Shown here: positions 47,829 to 57,499 of the stretch, piece after piece
Layout of the letters: the number at the start of each line of letters is the position of its first letter
Position numbering within the stretch: the first letter of the stretch is position 1
Virus record (IMG/VR): IMGVR_UViG_3300008339_000030
Location: 1 to 64,000 of that record
Strand: one strand, 5' to 3'
Source of the DNA: an uncultured virus (IMG/VR IMGVR_UViG_3300008339_000030)
Taxonomy: Duplodnaviria > Heunggongvirae > Uroviricota > Caudoviricetes
Length of the DNA: 64,000 bases
Notes under the pieces: model-generated
Database searches by the model: none
Told to the model about the DNA's origin: nothing
Seen by the model: the letters and a program-made list of their open reading frames with translations, nothing else
Position numbers and translations under genes: made by a program

Positions 47829-48548
47829 ATGCCAACACAGGTGCAGTTTCGTAGAGGAACAACAACACAAAATAATAATTTCACCGGCGCTGCGGGTGAA
47901 ATTTCGGTAGACACAACTCTTAAAACTCTACGTGTTCATGATGGCACCACCCAAGGTGGGTTTTCTTTGGCAAAATCTGATTTGTCTAATACAACAGCCA
48001 TTACACCTACAAGTGTGTCTACATTAACAAACAAAACTGTTACGTTAGGTAATAACACAATAACAGGGACTATTGCAGAATTTAATACCGCGTTAACTGA
48101 CAGCGATTTTGCCACGTTAGCGGGCACAGAAACATTAACAAACAAGACGCTAACAAGTCCTACGCTAACAAGTCCTACACTGACAACACCTACGTTGGGT
48201 GTGGCATCAGCAACATCGGTTGCATTGGCTAACGGTATTCTTCGTTCAGCTACACTGACAACCTCCGCCACAACAGCAAATCAAGTAGCGGATAGTATTG
48301 CAATTGCAACGTATAGAAGTGTGAAATATCAAATTTCCATCACATCAGGTTCTGCATATCATATGACTGAAGTAAGTATCATCCACGATGGAACTGATGC
48401 ATACATCACTGAATATGGTACTATTTTGACAGGGGTATCATTGGCGTCATTTGATGCAGATATCTCAGGGGGCAATCTTCGTCTGTTGACAACACCTGCA
48501 AATGCCTCAACGGTGTATAAGATTGTAGCAACAGCAATCAATGTCTAA
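47829..48548 (+). CDS. Fibre protein with Mtd-N-like N-terminal domain
   Basis: QVQFRRGTT...FTGAAGEISVDT...VHDG.T.GG and TLTNKTL repeats. Confidence 0.75.
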   Translation: MPTQVQFRRGTTTQNNNFTGAAGEISVDTTLKTLRVHDGTTQGGFSLAKSDLSNTTAITPTSVSTLTNKTVTLGNNTITGTIAEFNTALTDSDFATLAGTETLTNKTLTSPTLTSPTLTTPTLGVASATSVALANGILRSATLTTSATTANQVADSIAIATYRSVKYQISITSGSAYHMTEVSIIHDGTDAYITEYGTILTGVSLASFDADISGGNLRLLTTPANASTVYKIVATAINV

Positions 48549-49411
48549 TGGCTATCCAATCATCAGGTGCCGTTTCTCTAGGGAACATTAACCAAGAATT
48601 GGGGCGAAGCCTTACTGCCAGTATAGGATTACGTTTGGCAGAAATAGGCTCATATGTAACAATAAATACCGGTTCAACATCTAGACCAAATGGTCAAGCA
48701 CCCCACACAATGTCAGAATGGCGGGGGTATAACCATACAGCCTCAGTGGGTCCCACTATAACCAATGCGGTAACATATGATAGTGGGGCAGGTAACAACT
48801 ATGTTTACTCACTATCTTTTTCCATACCGAGTTCAGGCCCCTATTATATACAGGTGCAAAATATTACAACAGGTAGTTATTCCGGATTATATGGATTCAG
48901 TGGTACAACAGGTACGGTAAACGCTAGTACAGAGGTAGCCTGCCAGAATGTATCTTTTCGTATGCGATTATACAATTATAACACAGGACAATATTTACCT
49001 TTTGGGCCCACATATACACTTTATGCCCCACCACCTCAATACGGGGAATATTTGTCAACTGCATATTGTAGTGGATATACTCTGTATGGAAATTTTGCTA
49101 ATGGGAATTGTGGTTCATATGTAGATGTTGCTGAATATGATTCTCCCACATGTGGTTATACTGGAGGTGGTGGCGGTTCTTGTGGGGGAAACCACACCGG
49201 TAGTGCATGTTGTAGTGCAAATGGCACGGGATTCTGGGCATTTAATAGTGATTGTGGTGATAGTTCGAGAGTTGATTTATATTATGACTCAAATGCATGT
49301 TACTATACTGGAGATGGTAGTTGTGTATCCCACACAGGAACATATAATAATGGAGTATATATCTATTATATGACGAATGGGTGTTTAAGTTATTTTGTTG
49401 GTTCCTGCTAA
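48548..49411 (+). CDS. Gly/Tyr/Cys-rich putative adhesin (paralogous N-domain to 39407)
   Basis: MAIQSSGAVSL...PHTMSEWRGYNH N-domain and a Cys-rich C-half. Confidence 0.65.
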   Translation: MAIQSSGAVSLGNINQELGRSLTASIGLRLAEIGSYVTINTGSTSRPNGQAPHTMSEWRGYNHTASVGPTITNAVTYDSGAGNNYVYSLSFSIPSSGPYYIQVQNITTGSYSGLYGFSGTTGTVNASTEVACQNVSFRMRLYNYNTGQYLPFGPTYTLYAPPPQYGEYLSTAYCSGYTLYGNFANGNCGSYVDVAEYDSPTCGYTGGGGGSCGGNHTGSACCSANGTGFWAFNSDCGDSSRVDLYYDSNACYYTGDGSCVSHTGTYNNGVYIYYMTNGCLSYFVGSC

Positions 49412-49422
49412 CTTTTATTATC

Positions 49423-49926
49423 ATGCCTAAAACAATAAGTAATTTTCTTACACAGTCTGAACGTCTAGACTGTCTCGCAGAATCATTAGAAATTTCAGAA
49501 TACATTATTCTGAACTCTACCATAGATATGGCTATGTGTATAAAGTATAGACATCATGTAACTGAATATTTCAACAATGAAAATCTACAAATTGCAGGAA
49601 CAATCAAAATATCACACCAATCCACTAAGATAAATCTTAACGATATCATACAGAATAATGTGTTTCCTATTACACCCACTCACATGGCTGTAGTATCATT
49701 GGCCGCGCTTTCTCCGCAGGACAGAGTTATGCATATTCGTCAAGGGGATGAGTTTATTATGGAACCATTTCCTTTAGAACTTGACCAGGGGTGCGTACAC
49801 GCACTTCAAAATCATACACATCTAGTCATCCCCACAAAATATTGGATAGACAATAGTGATGTAACACTATCAGCCGATAGCTGTGTGAGATTGTATCTAC
49901 TATATGGTAATATAAATACACAGTAA
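49423..49926 (+). CDS. Hypothetical protein
   Basis: ATG 49423, in frame with ORF 49381..49926. No recognisable motif. Confidence 0.5.
   Translation: MPKTISNFLTQSERLDCLAESLEISEYIILNSTIDMAMCIKYRHHVTEYFNNENLQIAGTIKISHQSTKINLNDIIQNNVFPITPTHMAVVSLAALSPQDRVMHIRQGDEFIMEPFPLELDQGCVHALQNHTHLVIPTKYWIDNSDVTLSADSCVRLYLLYGNINTQ
49911..49918 (+). promoter_or_regulatory. T4-type late promoter
   Basis: TATAAATA upstream of GAGG RBS and ATG 49951. Confidence 0.65.
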
Positions 49927-49950
49927 CCCTGCCACCGAGGATAGAGAATC

Positions 49951-52380
49951 ATGGCAACCACAAAACGTTTTGTCGCAAAAAATGGATTAGATAACAACGC
50001 TCAAAGTATTACAAATGTAGGTGTTGCAGGAGCAACTCTTACAATGTCAAACGCCCACAGTTTGACATTAACAACATCAGGAAATTCAACATTAACAGTT
50101 CCCTCAGGATCAGCCACATTACTTTCTAGTGGTGGTGCATTGGGAACTCCCAGTTCAGGCACATTAACCAACTGCTCAGGACTTCCTGTATCAACAGGTA
50201 TTTCAGGATTGGGCACAGGTGTTGCCACATTCTTAGCAACACCATCAAGTGCCAACCTATTAGCGGCTGTCACAGATGAAACAGGCACAGGCGCATTGGT
50301 GTTTGCCAATACCCCAACACTTGTCACACCCACGTTAGGTGTGGCAACAGCAACTAGTGTCAACAAAGTTGCCATCACAGCTCCCGCGACATCAGCAACA
50401 TTAACCATTGCTGATGGCAAGACATTAACAGCAAGTAACACATTGACACTTACAGGTACCGATTCAAGTTCTGTGGCATTTGGCGCAGGCGGTACCGTGG
50501 CATATACATCAAATAATCTCAGTGCATTTGCCTCAACATCATCGTCTGAATTGGCAGGAGTACTTTCAGACGAGACAGGTACAGGCGCCTTGGTATTTGC
50601 CAATACCCCAACACTTGTTACACCTGTTCTTGGTACACCTACGTCAGGTACTTTATCAAACTGTACCGGTCTTCCTGTATCAACAGGTATTTCTGGATTG
50701 GGTACAGGTGTTGCCACATTCTTAGCAACACCAACAAGCGCAAATCTTCTTGCAGCAGTCACAGATGAAACAGGCACAGGTACTTTAGTATTCTCTGCTA
50801 GCCCTACATTCACAGGAACCGTTAGCGCCGCTAATTTGACATTGAGTGGCGATTTAACTGTGAACGGTACAACTACTACAATTAATTCAACAACAATTTC
50901 TGTTGACGATAAGAATATTGAATTAGGTGCTGTTTCATCTCCTTCCAATACAACGGCTGATAATGGTGGTATCACATTAAAAGGTACAACAGACAAAACA
51001 TTTAATTGGGTAAACTCTACAGGTGCCTGGACAAGTTCTGAGCACATTGAAATTGCCTCGGGTAAGAGTTTGTTCCTCAAAGGTTCAACATCAGGAACCA
51101 TCACAGTATCTCCTGCTGCAACAGCAGGCACTAACACTCTTACTATCCCAGCAGTAACAGGTACTGTTGTTACAACAGGTGACACAGGAAGTGTCACAAA
51201 CACCATGTTGGCGGGAAGTATTGCTAATACTAAACTTACTAATAGTACCATCTCAGGTGTGGCGTTAGGTAGTAATTTAAATACATTGACAATTGGTACT
51301 GGGTTGTCAGGCACAAGTTATAACGGATCCGCAGGTGTCACAATTGCCAATACAGGTGTCACAAGTAACGTGGCAGGTACAGGTATTTCTGTGTCAGGTG
51401 CTACAGGTGCTGTCACTATCACCAACTCAGGTGTAACAAGTGCTGTTGCGGGCACAGGTATTTCTGTGTCAGGCGGCACCGGTGCTGTCACCATCACCAA
51501 CTCAGGTGTAACTGCTGTTAACGGCAGTACAGGTTCTGTCACTGTAGCGGCAACCAATCAAACGATGAACATTGGTACCACGGCCGTTGCCATTAATCGA
51601 GGTTCGGCAAACTTAGCGTTGACAGGTATTTCAAGTGTGGCAATGCCAGGCTCAACATCAGGTACAGTGACATTACAACCTGCAGCAACAGCAGGCACCA
51701 CAACAATCACATTACCCGCTACAACAGGTACTGTGATTACATCAGGTGATTCAAGTACAGTTACGAATACCATGTTGGCAGGCAGTATTGCCAACGCTAA
51801 GTTGTCTAACAGTTCCGTTACTGTCACAGCGGGCACAGGTATGTCAGGCGGCGGTTCTGTTGCACTTGGTAGTTCAATAACCTTGACAAATGCGGGTGTC
51901 ACAGGTATCACTGGAGGAACAGGTGTGTCTGCATCAGCCTCAACAGGCAGCGTAACGGTGTCTATCGGACAAGCAGTAGCAACATCCTCAAACGTACAAT
52001 TCAATAGTATAGGTGTCAATACAGGGGCATCAGGTACAGCAGGTGAAATTCGGGCAACAAACGAAATCACAGCCTATTACTCTGACGCACGACTAAAGAA
52101 CTTCCATGGGAAGATTGAAAAGGCAGGTGAAAAGGTAGCGGCATTAAATGGTTACTACTTCACAGAAAATGAACTTGCCAAGTCATTGGGATATAGTAAT
52201 GATAAGATGCAAATCGGTGTAAGTGCCCAAGAAGTGCAGGAAGTATTACCTGAAGCTGTGGCATCTGCTCCCATTGATGATAAATATTTGACGGTAAAGT
52301 ATGAAAAACTTGTTCCTCTTTTGATTGAAGCTATCAAGGAATTACAAGCTGAAGTTGCTGAATTGAAAAAGCAAAGATAA
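49951..52380 (+). CDS. Long tail fibre with S74 chaperone domain
   Basis: G/T/S-rich repeats, YSDARLK, GVSAQEVQEVLPE and LTVKYEKLVPLLIEAIKEL. Confidence 0.88.
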   Translation: MATTKRFVAKNGLDNNAQSITNVGVAGATLTMSNAHSLTLTTSGNSTLTVPSGSATLLSSGGALGTPSSGTLTNCSGLPVSTGISGLGTGVATFLATPSSANLLAAVTDETGTGALVFANTPTLVTPTLGVATATSVNKVAITAPATSATLTIADGKTLTASNTLTLTGTDSSSVAFGAGGTVAYTSNNLSAFASTSSSELAGVLSDETGTGALVFANTPTLVTPVLGTPTSGTLSNCTGLPVSTGISGLGTGVATFLATPTSANLLAAVTDETGTGTLVFSASPTFTGTVSAANLTLSGDLTVNGTTTTINSTTISVDDKNIELGAVSSPSNTTADNGGITLKGTTDKTFNWVNSTGAWTSSEHIEIASGKSLFLKGSTSGTITVSPAATAGTNTLTIPAVTGTVVTTGDTGSVTNTMLAGSIANTKLTNSTISGVALGSNLNTLTIGTGLSGTSYNGSAGVTIANTGVTSNVAGTGISVSGATGAVTITNSGVTSAVAGTGISVSGGTGAVTITNSGVTAVNGSTGSVTVAATNQTMNIGTTAVAINRGSANLALTGISSVAMPGSTSGTVTLQPAATAGTTTITLPATTGTVITSGDSSTVTNTMLAGSIANAKLSNSSVTVTAGTGMSGGGSVALGSSITLTNAGVTGITGGTGVSASASTGSVTVSIGQAVATSSNVQFNSIGVNTGASGTAGEIRATNEITAYYSDARLKNFHGKIEKAGEKVAALNGYYFTENELAKSLGYSNDKMQIGVSAQEVQEVLPEAVASAPIDDKYLTVKYEKLVPLLIEAIKELQAEVAELKKQR

Positions 52381-52392
52381 TAGGAGTACGTC

Positions 52393-52599
52393 ATGGGGTT
52401 ACTACCAGCAACTGGTTCCGCTATAACGATGGGCCGTGTGCGTAATGCATACGGCCTATCAGGAGCAGCTCGATTACGTGCTGACTTGGCACAGGCGGTT
52501 AATAACAATCCTGTAGGTACTGCACCAAACATTAATCTATCAGGTCAAGTACGCCTATCTATTGATTTTGGTGGAAGAACCACGCCTTTCAACTACTAA
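52393..52599 (+). CDS. Small protein after the S74 fibre (possible minimal fibre-tip domain)
   Basis: AGGAG RBS. LPATGSAITM..V resembles the N-termini of 39407 and 48548. Confidence 0.6.
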   Translation: MGLLPATGSAITMGRVRNAYGLSGAARLRADLAQAVNNNPVGTAPNINLSGQVRLSIDFGGRTTPFNY

Positions 52600-52607
52600 T
52601 ATACATA

Positions 52608-52636
52608 TTGACAAATAGATATTAACATATTATATT
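52608..52636 (+). promoter_or_regulatory. Sigma70-type promoter
   Basis: TTGACA (52608-52613), 17 bp spacer, TATATT (52631-52636). GGAG RBS before 52664. Confidence 0.65.
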
Positions 52637-52663
52637 TTTACTATTCTTTTTGTGGAGTGAAAC

Positions 52664-53122
52664 ATGAGTACAATTACATTTGAACAATTATTAGATGTCA
52701 TCAACGAAAACCCATCGGAATATGAAGAACGATATGTCCGATGGGTTACCGTTGCCCATGATAAAAAGAAGTTAACTGAACTTCTGTATGAATTGAAATA
52801 TCTAAAGGAAGAAAACAAGTGGCCTGAAAGAATACAACTACTTGAAGAAATTCTTGAAGAAACAGGGCATGAACATTGCTACAATCTTTTGGTGAATGAG
52901 CCACAAACCGCTCGTTTCGCTTTGATTGAAAAATTTGCTCGTCAAGCCGCCATGGAAGTATTAATTTTTGACCGATATGGTATTGAAACATTAAATATCA
53001 TCACACAACTCCCACTTGCTGATTATCAATTGGTGGTGAAGCGAGTTTATGAAATTGTCACGATGATTCGTGACATCACAACATCCACTACATCATTGGC
53101 ACAAGGATTGGCGGGTGTATGA
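52664..53122 (+). CDS. Hypothetical helical protein
   Basis: ORF with RBS, coupled to the downstream glycosyltransferase. Confidence 0.65.
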   Translation: MSTITFEQLLDVINENPSEYEERYVRWVTVAHDKKKLTELLYELKYLKEENKWPERIQLLEEILEETGHEHCYNLLVNEPQTARFALIEKFARQAAMEVLIFDRYGIETLNIITQLPLADYQLVVKRVYEIVTMIRDITTSTTSLAQGLAGV

Positions 53123-53817
53123 AGAAGAACATTTATGGTTTGAGTGCATGGAGATTTCAACCCACGAAATTGGCAATTCTTGTTCCATGTCGAGAAAATA
53201 TGTACAGTTTATTCGCATCATCACTTGTTGAATTAGTGAAAACAACAACGATGGTGGGTATTGATGTGCATGTACTTTATAATCAAAGTACTATTCTATT
53301 AACCCAACGAGAAAAGTTGGCACAACAAGCACTTGAAATTAACGCTGATTATGCCCTATGGCTAGATTCTGACATGTTATTTCCCAGCAGTGCAGCATTA
53401 CGATTAATGGGACACAATAAGGATGTTGTCTGTTCCAACTACATGAAACGTTCTGTTCCTTTACAGACAGTTGCCTATCCTGAACGAGGTGACTGGGACA
53501 ATTGGTTGCCATTGGAATATGACCAAGAATTACAAGAAGTTGAGGGGGTTGGCATGGGGTGTGTCATGATGAAAACCGAAGTGTTAACAAAAATTCAACC
53601 TCCCTATTTTGCTTTTGAGTATAAAGATAAAGAATGGCATGGTGAAGATTTCTACTTCCAAAAGAAATTACGCGATGCGGGATATAAGATTTGGGTGGAC
53701 ATGAATCTCAGCCGCCAAGTACGTCATGTAGGACAATGGGCGTTTGGTCCATCCATTGATGTGAATGACGAAAAGATTGTTAAAAAACATAAAGCTAAAA
53801 TGAAGAAGGAGTCATAA
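53119..53817 (+). CDS. GT-A (GT2-like) glycosyltransferase
   Basis: LWLDSDM (DxD), GMGCVMM, GEDFYF and G.KIWVD......H.G motifs. Confidence 0.8.
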   Translation: MKKNIYGLSAWRFQPTKLAILVPCRENMYSLFASSLVELVKTTTMVGIDVHVLYNQSTILLTQREKLAQQALEINADYALWLDSDMLFPSSAALRLMGHNKDVVCSNYMKRSVPLQTVAYPERGDWDNWLPLEYDQELQEVEGVGMGCVMMKTEVLTKIQPPYFAFEYKDKEWHGEDFYFQKKLRDAGYKIWVDMNLSRQVRHVGQWAFGPSIDVNDEKIVKKHKAKMKKES

Positions 53818-53818
53818 T

Positions 53819-54922
53819 ATGTTGAAAGGTGAAAGTTGGTTAGCCCATAGTGATTTGTTCACGAAATATTGGATTGTTGAAACAAAGCCATGGGTTCGTT
53901 CTCTTGGCTGGTTCACTGATTTTGAACAGACAGTCCGAGATTCTAAAGGGTGGGCTCAGGCGGGTGAAAAGGAACTCACCATTTATGAATACATCAATGT
54001 GTTGGAAGAAAAAGGCTCAGAGAGAAAAATTTATCAGCATGCCAATGGCAAGTGGCAACACATTTCAGCTCCTTTAGTATTCGTTGTTCGAAAAAATGAT
54101 GAACTTGTATTCATTGCAGGTTGGGCAGGAGACCCCAAAACTATCAGAGAATATCAATCTCAAAGTGTGGATCCATGGGACTGGCCGGAAAAGATTATTG
54201 TTGATGTCAATCCTCTAGCAGCAATTCACACATTGAAATTTAATCGCACAGAAAATTTAGAAACTCCTGTATTTTTTGCCAGTAACGGCGAAACAAATGC
54301 AGATGAGAATTGGGAACACCTTGTTAAAATGTGTCCGCGAGCTGTCCGTATTGATGGAATTAACGGTCGTAGAAAAATGTTTTTACGCTGTGTGGATTTA
54401 TCAGAAGGGGCATCCCACTTCTTTGTAGTCACAGGAAAAAACAAATTAACTGACAAAACAATTTTTGATTATCCAGTAAAAGATGCACCGCGGGCACATC
54501 TCGTATTTAATGCTAAAAATATGAGTAATCGTCTAGAATATGGACACATGGGTGTCGTGGCATATAATACCGATTTGGTTCTTAGCACCCCTGAAAACTT
54601 TGGTCTGGACTTCACCTCATATAGTCCCATTCATACAGTGCCGCGAACCGTATCAGAAGCCACATTTGCCACTAGTCCATTTGAGGCTTGGCGAACAGCA
54701 TTCCGTGAGTGTGTGAAACTCACGTTACGAAATTCAATAAATGACCAACATTGGTTGGCACGTTGGATGGCGTTTGCCGAGGGAGTTCATAGTAATTGGG
54801 TACTTATTGGTGCAAAAGAAGGGCATGAATTTGCTCTACGATATAAAGATTCCCCCGATGAATTACGGAACACTGTTGATTGGAATTGGCTTGATAATCA
54901 CTTCAAAACAACGCACACATAA
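53819..54922 (+). CDS. Putative glycosyltransferase-like protein
   Basis: SNGE.NADEN, RIDGING, YGHMG and AWRTAFRECVKL pattern seen in phage GT-like proteins. A canonical DxD is not evident. Confidence 0.45.
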   Translation: MLKGESWLAHSDLFTKYWIVETKPWVRSLGWFTDFEQTVRDSKGWAQAGEKELTIYEYINVLEEKGSERKIYQHANGKWQHISAPLVFVVRKNDELVFIAGWAGDPKTIREYQSQSVDPWDWPEKIIVDVNPLAAIHTLKFNRTENLETPVFFASNGETNADENWEHLVKMCPRAVRIDGINGRRKMFLRCVDLSEGASHFFVVTGKNKLTDKTIFDYPVKDAPRAHLVFNAKNMSNRLEYGHMGVVAYNTDLVLSTPENFGLDFTSYSPIHTVPRTVSEATFATSPFEAWRTAFRECVKLTLRNSINDQHWLARWMAFAEGVHSNWVLIGAKEGHEFALRYKDSPDELRNTVDWNWLDNHFKTTHT

Positions 54923-54930
54923 TCAATTCT

Positions 54931-54938
54931 TATAAATA
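54931..54938 (+). promoter_or_regulatory. T4-type late promoter for the neck/terminase operon
   Basis: TATAAATA upstream of GAGG RBS and ATG 54973. Confidence 0.7.
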
Positions 54939-54972
54939 GTTATTGTACTCATATCAATAGTTGAGGAAGATT

Positions 54973-55950
54973 ATGACAGCAATAACCACACGACAACAAT
55001 TAAAAGATTATTGTTTGCGTCGTTTAGGGTATCCCGTCATTGAAATCAATGTAGATGACGACCAAATAGAAGATAGAATTCAAGATGCCATTGACTTCTT
55101 TCATGAGTATCATTTCGATGGGGTGGAACGTGTTTATTTCACCCCAAAAATCACTTTATCTGAACTCTTTCTTTCAGGTATTTTAGGTGAAAATTTTGAG
55201 ATAGGTGAGACCGTAGAAGGGGCAACATCAGAAGCCATAGGTGTTGTTGTTAGAAAATCACCTGGTATTTTAGTTATTAAAGGAGATGATCCTTTAAGAC
55301 CTTTCGTTGCTAGTGAAGTTATTACAGGTTCCAATTCAGGATTTTCAACTACACTTCGAAACACGAATCCATATTTTGCAGGAACATTTGCAAAAAAATA
55401 TTTTGATGTAGCGGACCCGGTCACAGGTGTTATCCGCGTTTTCCCATTGGGGTCAGCAGGATCAAGTTCAGCAGGCACCACAAATATTTTCAATGTTGTA
55501 TATCAATTCAGATTGAATGACATGTATAATTTGTTGTCATCTGATGTTACATATTACAATCAAGTGAAAATGCACTTACAATTACTTGATGATATGTTTG
55601 CGGGTAATAGAACTATTCGTTTCAATAGAAAAATGAATCGTTTGTATATTGATGTAAATTGGGAAGAAACTTTCTCTGAGGGTGATTATGTGGCAGTTGA
55701 GGCTTTTGTGATGGTTGAACCAGAAACATTCACAGAAGTATATAATGATATGTTTTTAAAGAGATATGCCACAGCCCTTATCAAACGTCAATGGGGTACA
55801 AACTTAAAGAAGTTCCAAGGTATGCAACTTCCGGGCGGCGTTCAAATGGATGGACAACGTATGTTCGAAGAATCCATGGAAGAAATTCGTCAAATCGAAA
55901 TAGAAATGCAAAGTCGTTACGAACTTCCTGTTGACTTTATGGTGGGATAA
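54973..55950 (+). CDS. Neck protein gp13
   Basis: LRRLGYPVIEINV, YHFDG and KRQWG.NL.KF.G.QLPGG motifs. Confidence 0.93.
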   Translation: MTAITTRQQLKDYCLRRLGYPVIEINVDDDQIEDRIQDAIDFFHEYHFDGVERVYFTPKITLSELFLSGILGENFEIGETVEGATSEAIGVVVRKSPGILVIKGDDPLRPFVASEVITGSNSGFSTTLRNTNPYFAGTFAKKYFDVADPVTGVIRVFPLGSAGSSSAGTTNIFNVVYQFRLNDMYNLLSSDVTYYNQVKMHLQLLDDMFAGNRTIRFNRKMNRLYIDVNWEETFSEGDYVAVEAFVMVEPETFTEVYNDMFLKRYATALIKRQWGTNLKKFQGMQLPGGVQMDGQRMFEESMEEIRQIEIEMQSRYELPVDFMVG

Positions 55951-56690
55951 TGCCAACCAATTTTTATTTTCAAAGCGGTAACACCTCGGGAGTTACCAAT
56001 GAACAGCGACTCTTGGAAGATTTAATCATTGAAAGCATCAAGATTTATGGTCATGATGTATACTATCTTCCTCGTTCATCAGGTAATCAAGATAATGTAT
56101 TGGGAGAAGATGTATTAAGTCGCTTTGATACTGCCATTCCATTAGAAATGTATTTGGCAAACATTCAAGGATGGGACGGCAATGGTGAACTATTCACAAA
56201 GTTTGGTATCAATGTAAATGACCAAGCCACATTCGTTGTTTCAAAACGTAGATGGGAAGATAGTGTAGGAGCCAGTCCCCCGGAATTACTACAACTCCCA
56301 TCTCGTCCCGCTGAAGGAGATTTAATTTATCTCCCGAAAACTAACAGTATGTTTGAAATTAAGTTCGTGCAACACCTTGATCCATTCTATCAATTAGGCA
56401 AATTTTACATTTACAGTATGAGTTGTGAATTGTATCAATATAGTTCAGAAGTGTTTTCAACAGGTGTTGCAGAAATTGATGTCACAGTTGACACCATTAC
56501 ACAAGATGCCTATGAATATGAAGTGTTAACTCAAACAGGCGGCAGGTTGTTAACACAAGCAGGATTCTCAATTATCAAACAAGATTTCAAAACAATTGAT
56601 AATGTACCGTTTTCTGATACAGAATTTTTCGAATCTGAAGGCAGCGACATTCTTGATTTTTCTGAAGTTAATCCATTTGGTGAATACTAA
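55950..56690 (+). CDS. Neck protein gp14
   Basis: ESIKIYG.DVYYLPR, RPAEGDLIY, PFYQLGK and NPFGE motifs. Confidence 0.93.
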   Translation: MPTNFYFQSGNTSGVTNEQRLLEDLIIESIKIYGHDVYYLPRSSGNQDNVLGEDVLSRFDTAIPLEMYLANIQGWDGNGELFTKFGINVNDQATFVVSKRRWEDSVGASPPELLQLPSRPAEGDLIYLPKTNSMFEIKFVQHLDPFYQLGKFYIYSMSCELYQYSSEVFSTGVAEIDVTVDTITQDAYEYEVLTQTGGRLLTQAGFSIIKQDFKTIDNVPFSDTEFFESEGSDILDFSEVNPFGEY

Positions 56691-57499
56691 TGTTTAATAA
56701 TCGTCACTTCTATCATCAACATATACGTAAGGCTATTATTGCTTTTGGTACGTTGTTTAATAACATCACATTACGTAGAATAAACGCCGAAGGTGAAGTT
56801 GCACAAAGTTTGTTTGTGCCATTAAGTTATGCCCCAAAGCAAAAGTTCATAGACCGTATTCGTGAAGCTCCTGAACTAGAAACAGGTCGTGCAACGTTTC
56901 AAATTACATTACCCCGTATGGGATTTGAAATAACAAATTTTAATTATGATGCATCTAGAAAATTAGCTGTTACACAAAATGTTCGTTCAGTTGATACAAC
57001 AGGTACAACAAATACGGGTGTTCGCTATTCATATATTTCTACCCCATATAACATGGGGATTAGTTTAAGTGTGTTTGCAAAAAATCAAGATGATGGATTA
57101 CAAATTGTGGAACAAATTCTCCCCTATTTCAATCCTGATTTCAATGTCACAATTAATGAAATTCCTGAACTGGGCGTGAAACGTGACTTACAAATTGTAC
57201 TGGATAACATCAGTTATCAAGATGAGTGGGAGGGAGGATTTGATAAGCGGTTGAGTGTAATTTGGGATTTGAACTTTACAATTAAAATGAACTTCTTTGG
57301 GTATGTGCAAGATGCCAATCTCATCAAGAAAACAATACAAAACATATATACAGATTATGGATTGTTTGAAGGACAACCTCCTACAAATACTCAGGTTGGT
57401 AGAAGAATCACAACTACCACAGACCCAGAAAATGCAACACCTATAGATAATTATACATTCGTACAAGAATTTGATGACATTTTTTCGAGTGAAATATGA
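56690..57499 (+). CDS. Tail sheath stabiliser/terminator gp15
   Basis: FGTLFNNI, VPLSYAPKQKF, LPRMGFE and QIVEQILPYF.P motifs. Confidence 0.93.
   Translation: MFNNRHFYHQHIRKAIIAFGTLFNNITLRRINAEGEVAQSLFVPLSYAPKQKFIDRIREAPELETGRATFQITLPRMGFEITNFNYDASRKLAVTQNVRSVDTTGTTNTGVRYSYISTPYNMGISLSVFAKNQDDGLQIVEQILPYFNPDFNVTINEIPELGVKRDLQIVLDNISYQDEWEGGFDKRLSVIWDLNFTIKMNFFGYVQDANLIKKTIQNIYTDYGLFEGQPPTNTQVGRRITTTTDPENATPIDNYTFVQEFDDIFSSEI

Noticed and set aside
47829..48548. Diversity-generating retroelement suggested by the Mtd-N-like domain
   Set aside because: No reverse transcriptase and no TR/VR pair differing at adenines was seen in the window.
50001..52532. Long antisense ORFs over fibre genes (also 45656-46855, and 13549-15246 over the tape measure candidate)
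   Set aside because: They are explained by biased codon use in low-complexity sense genes and have no RBS or motifs.
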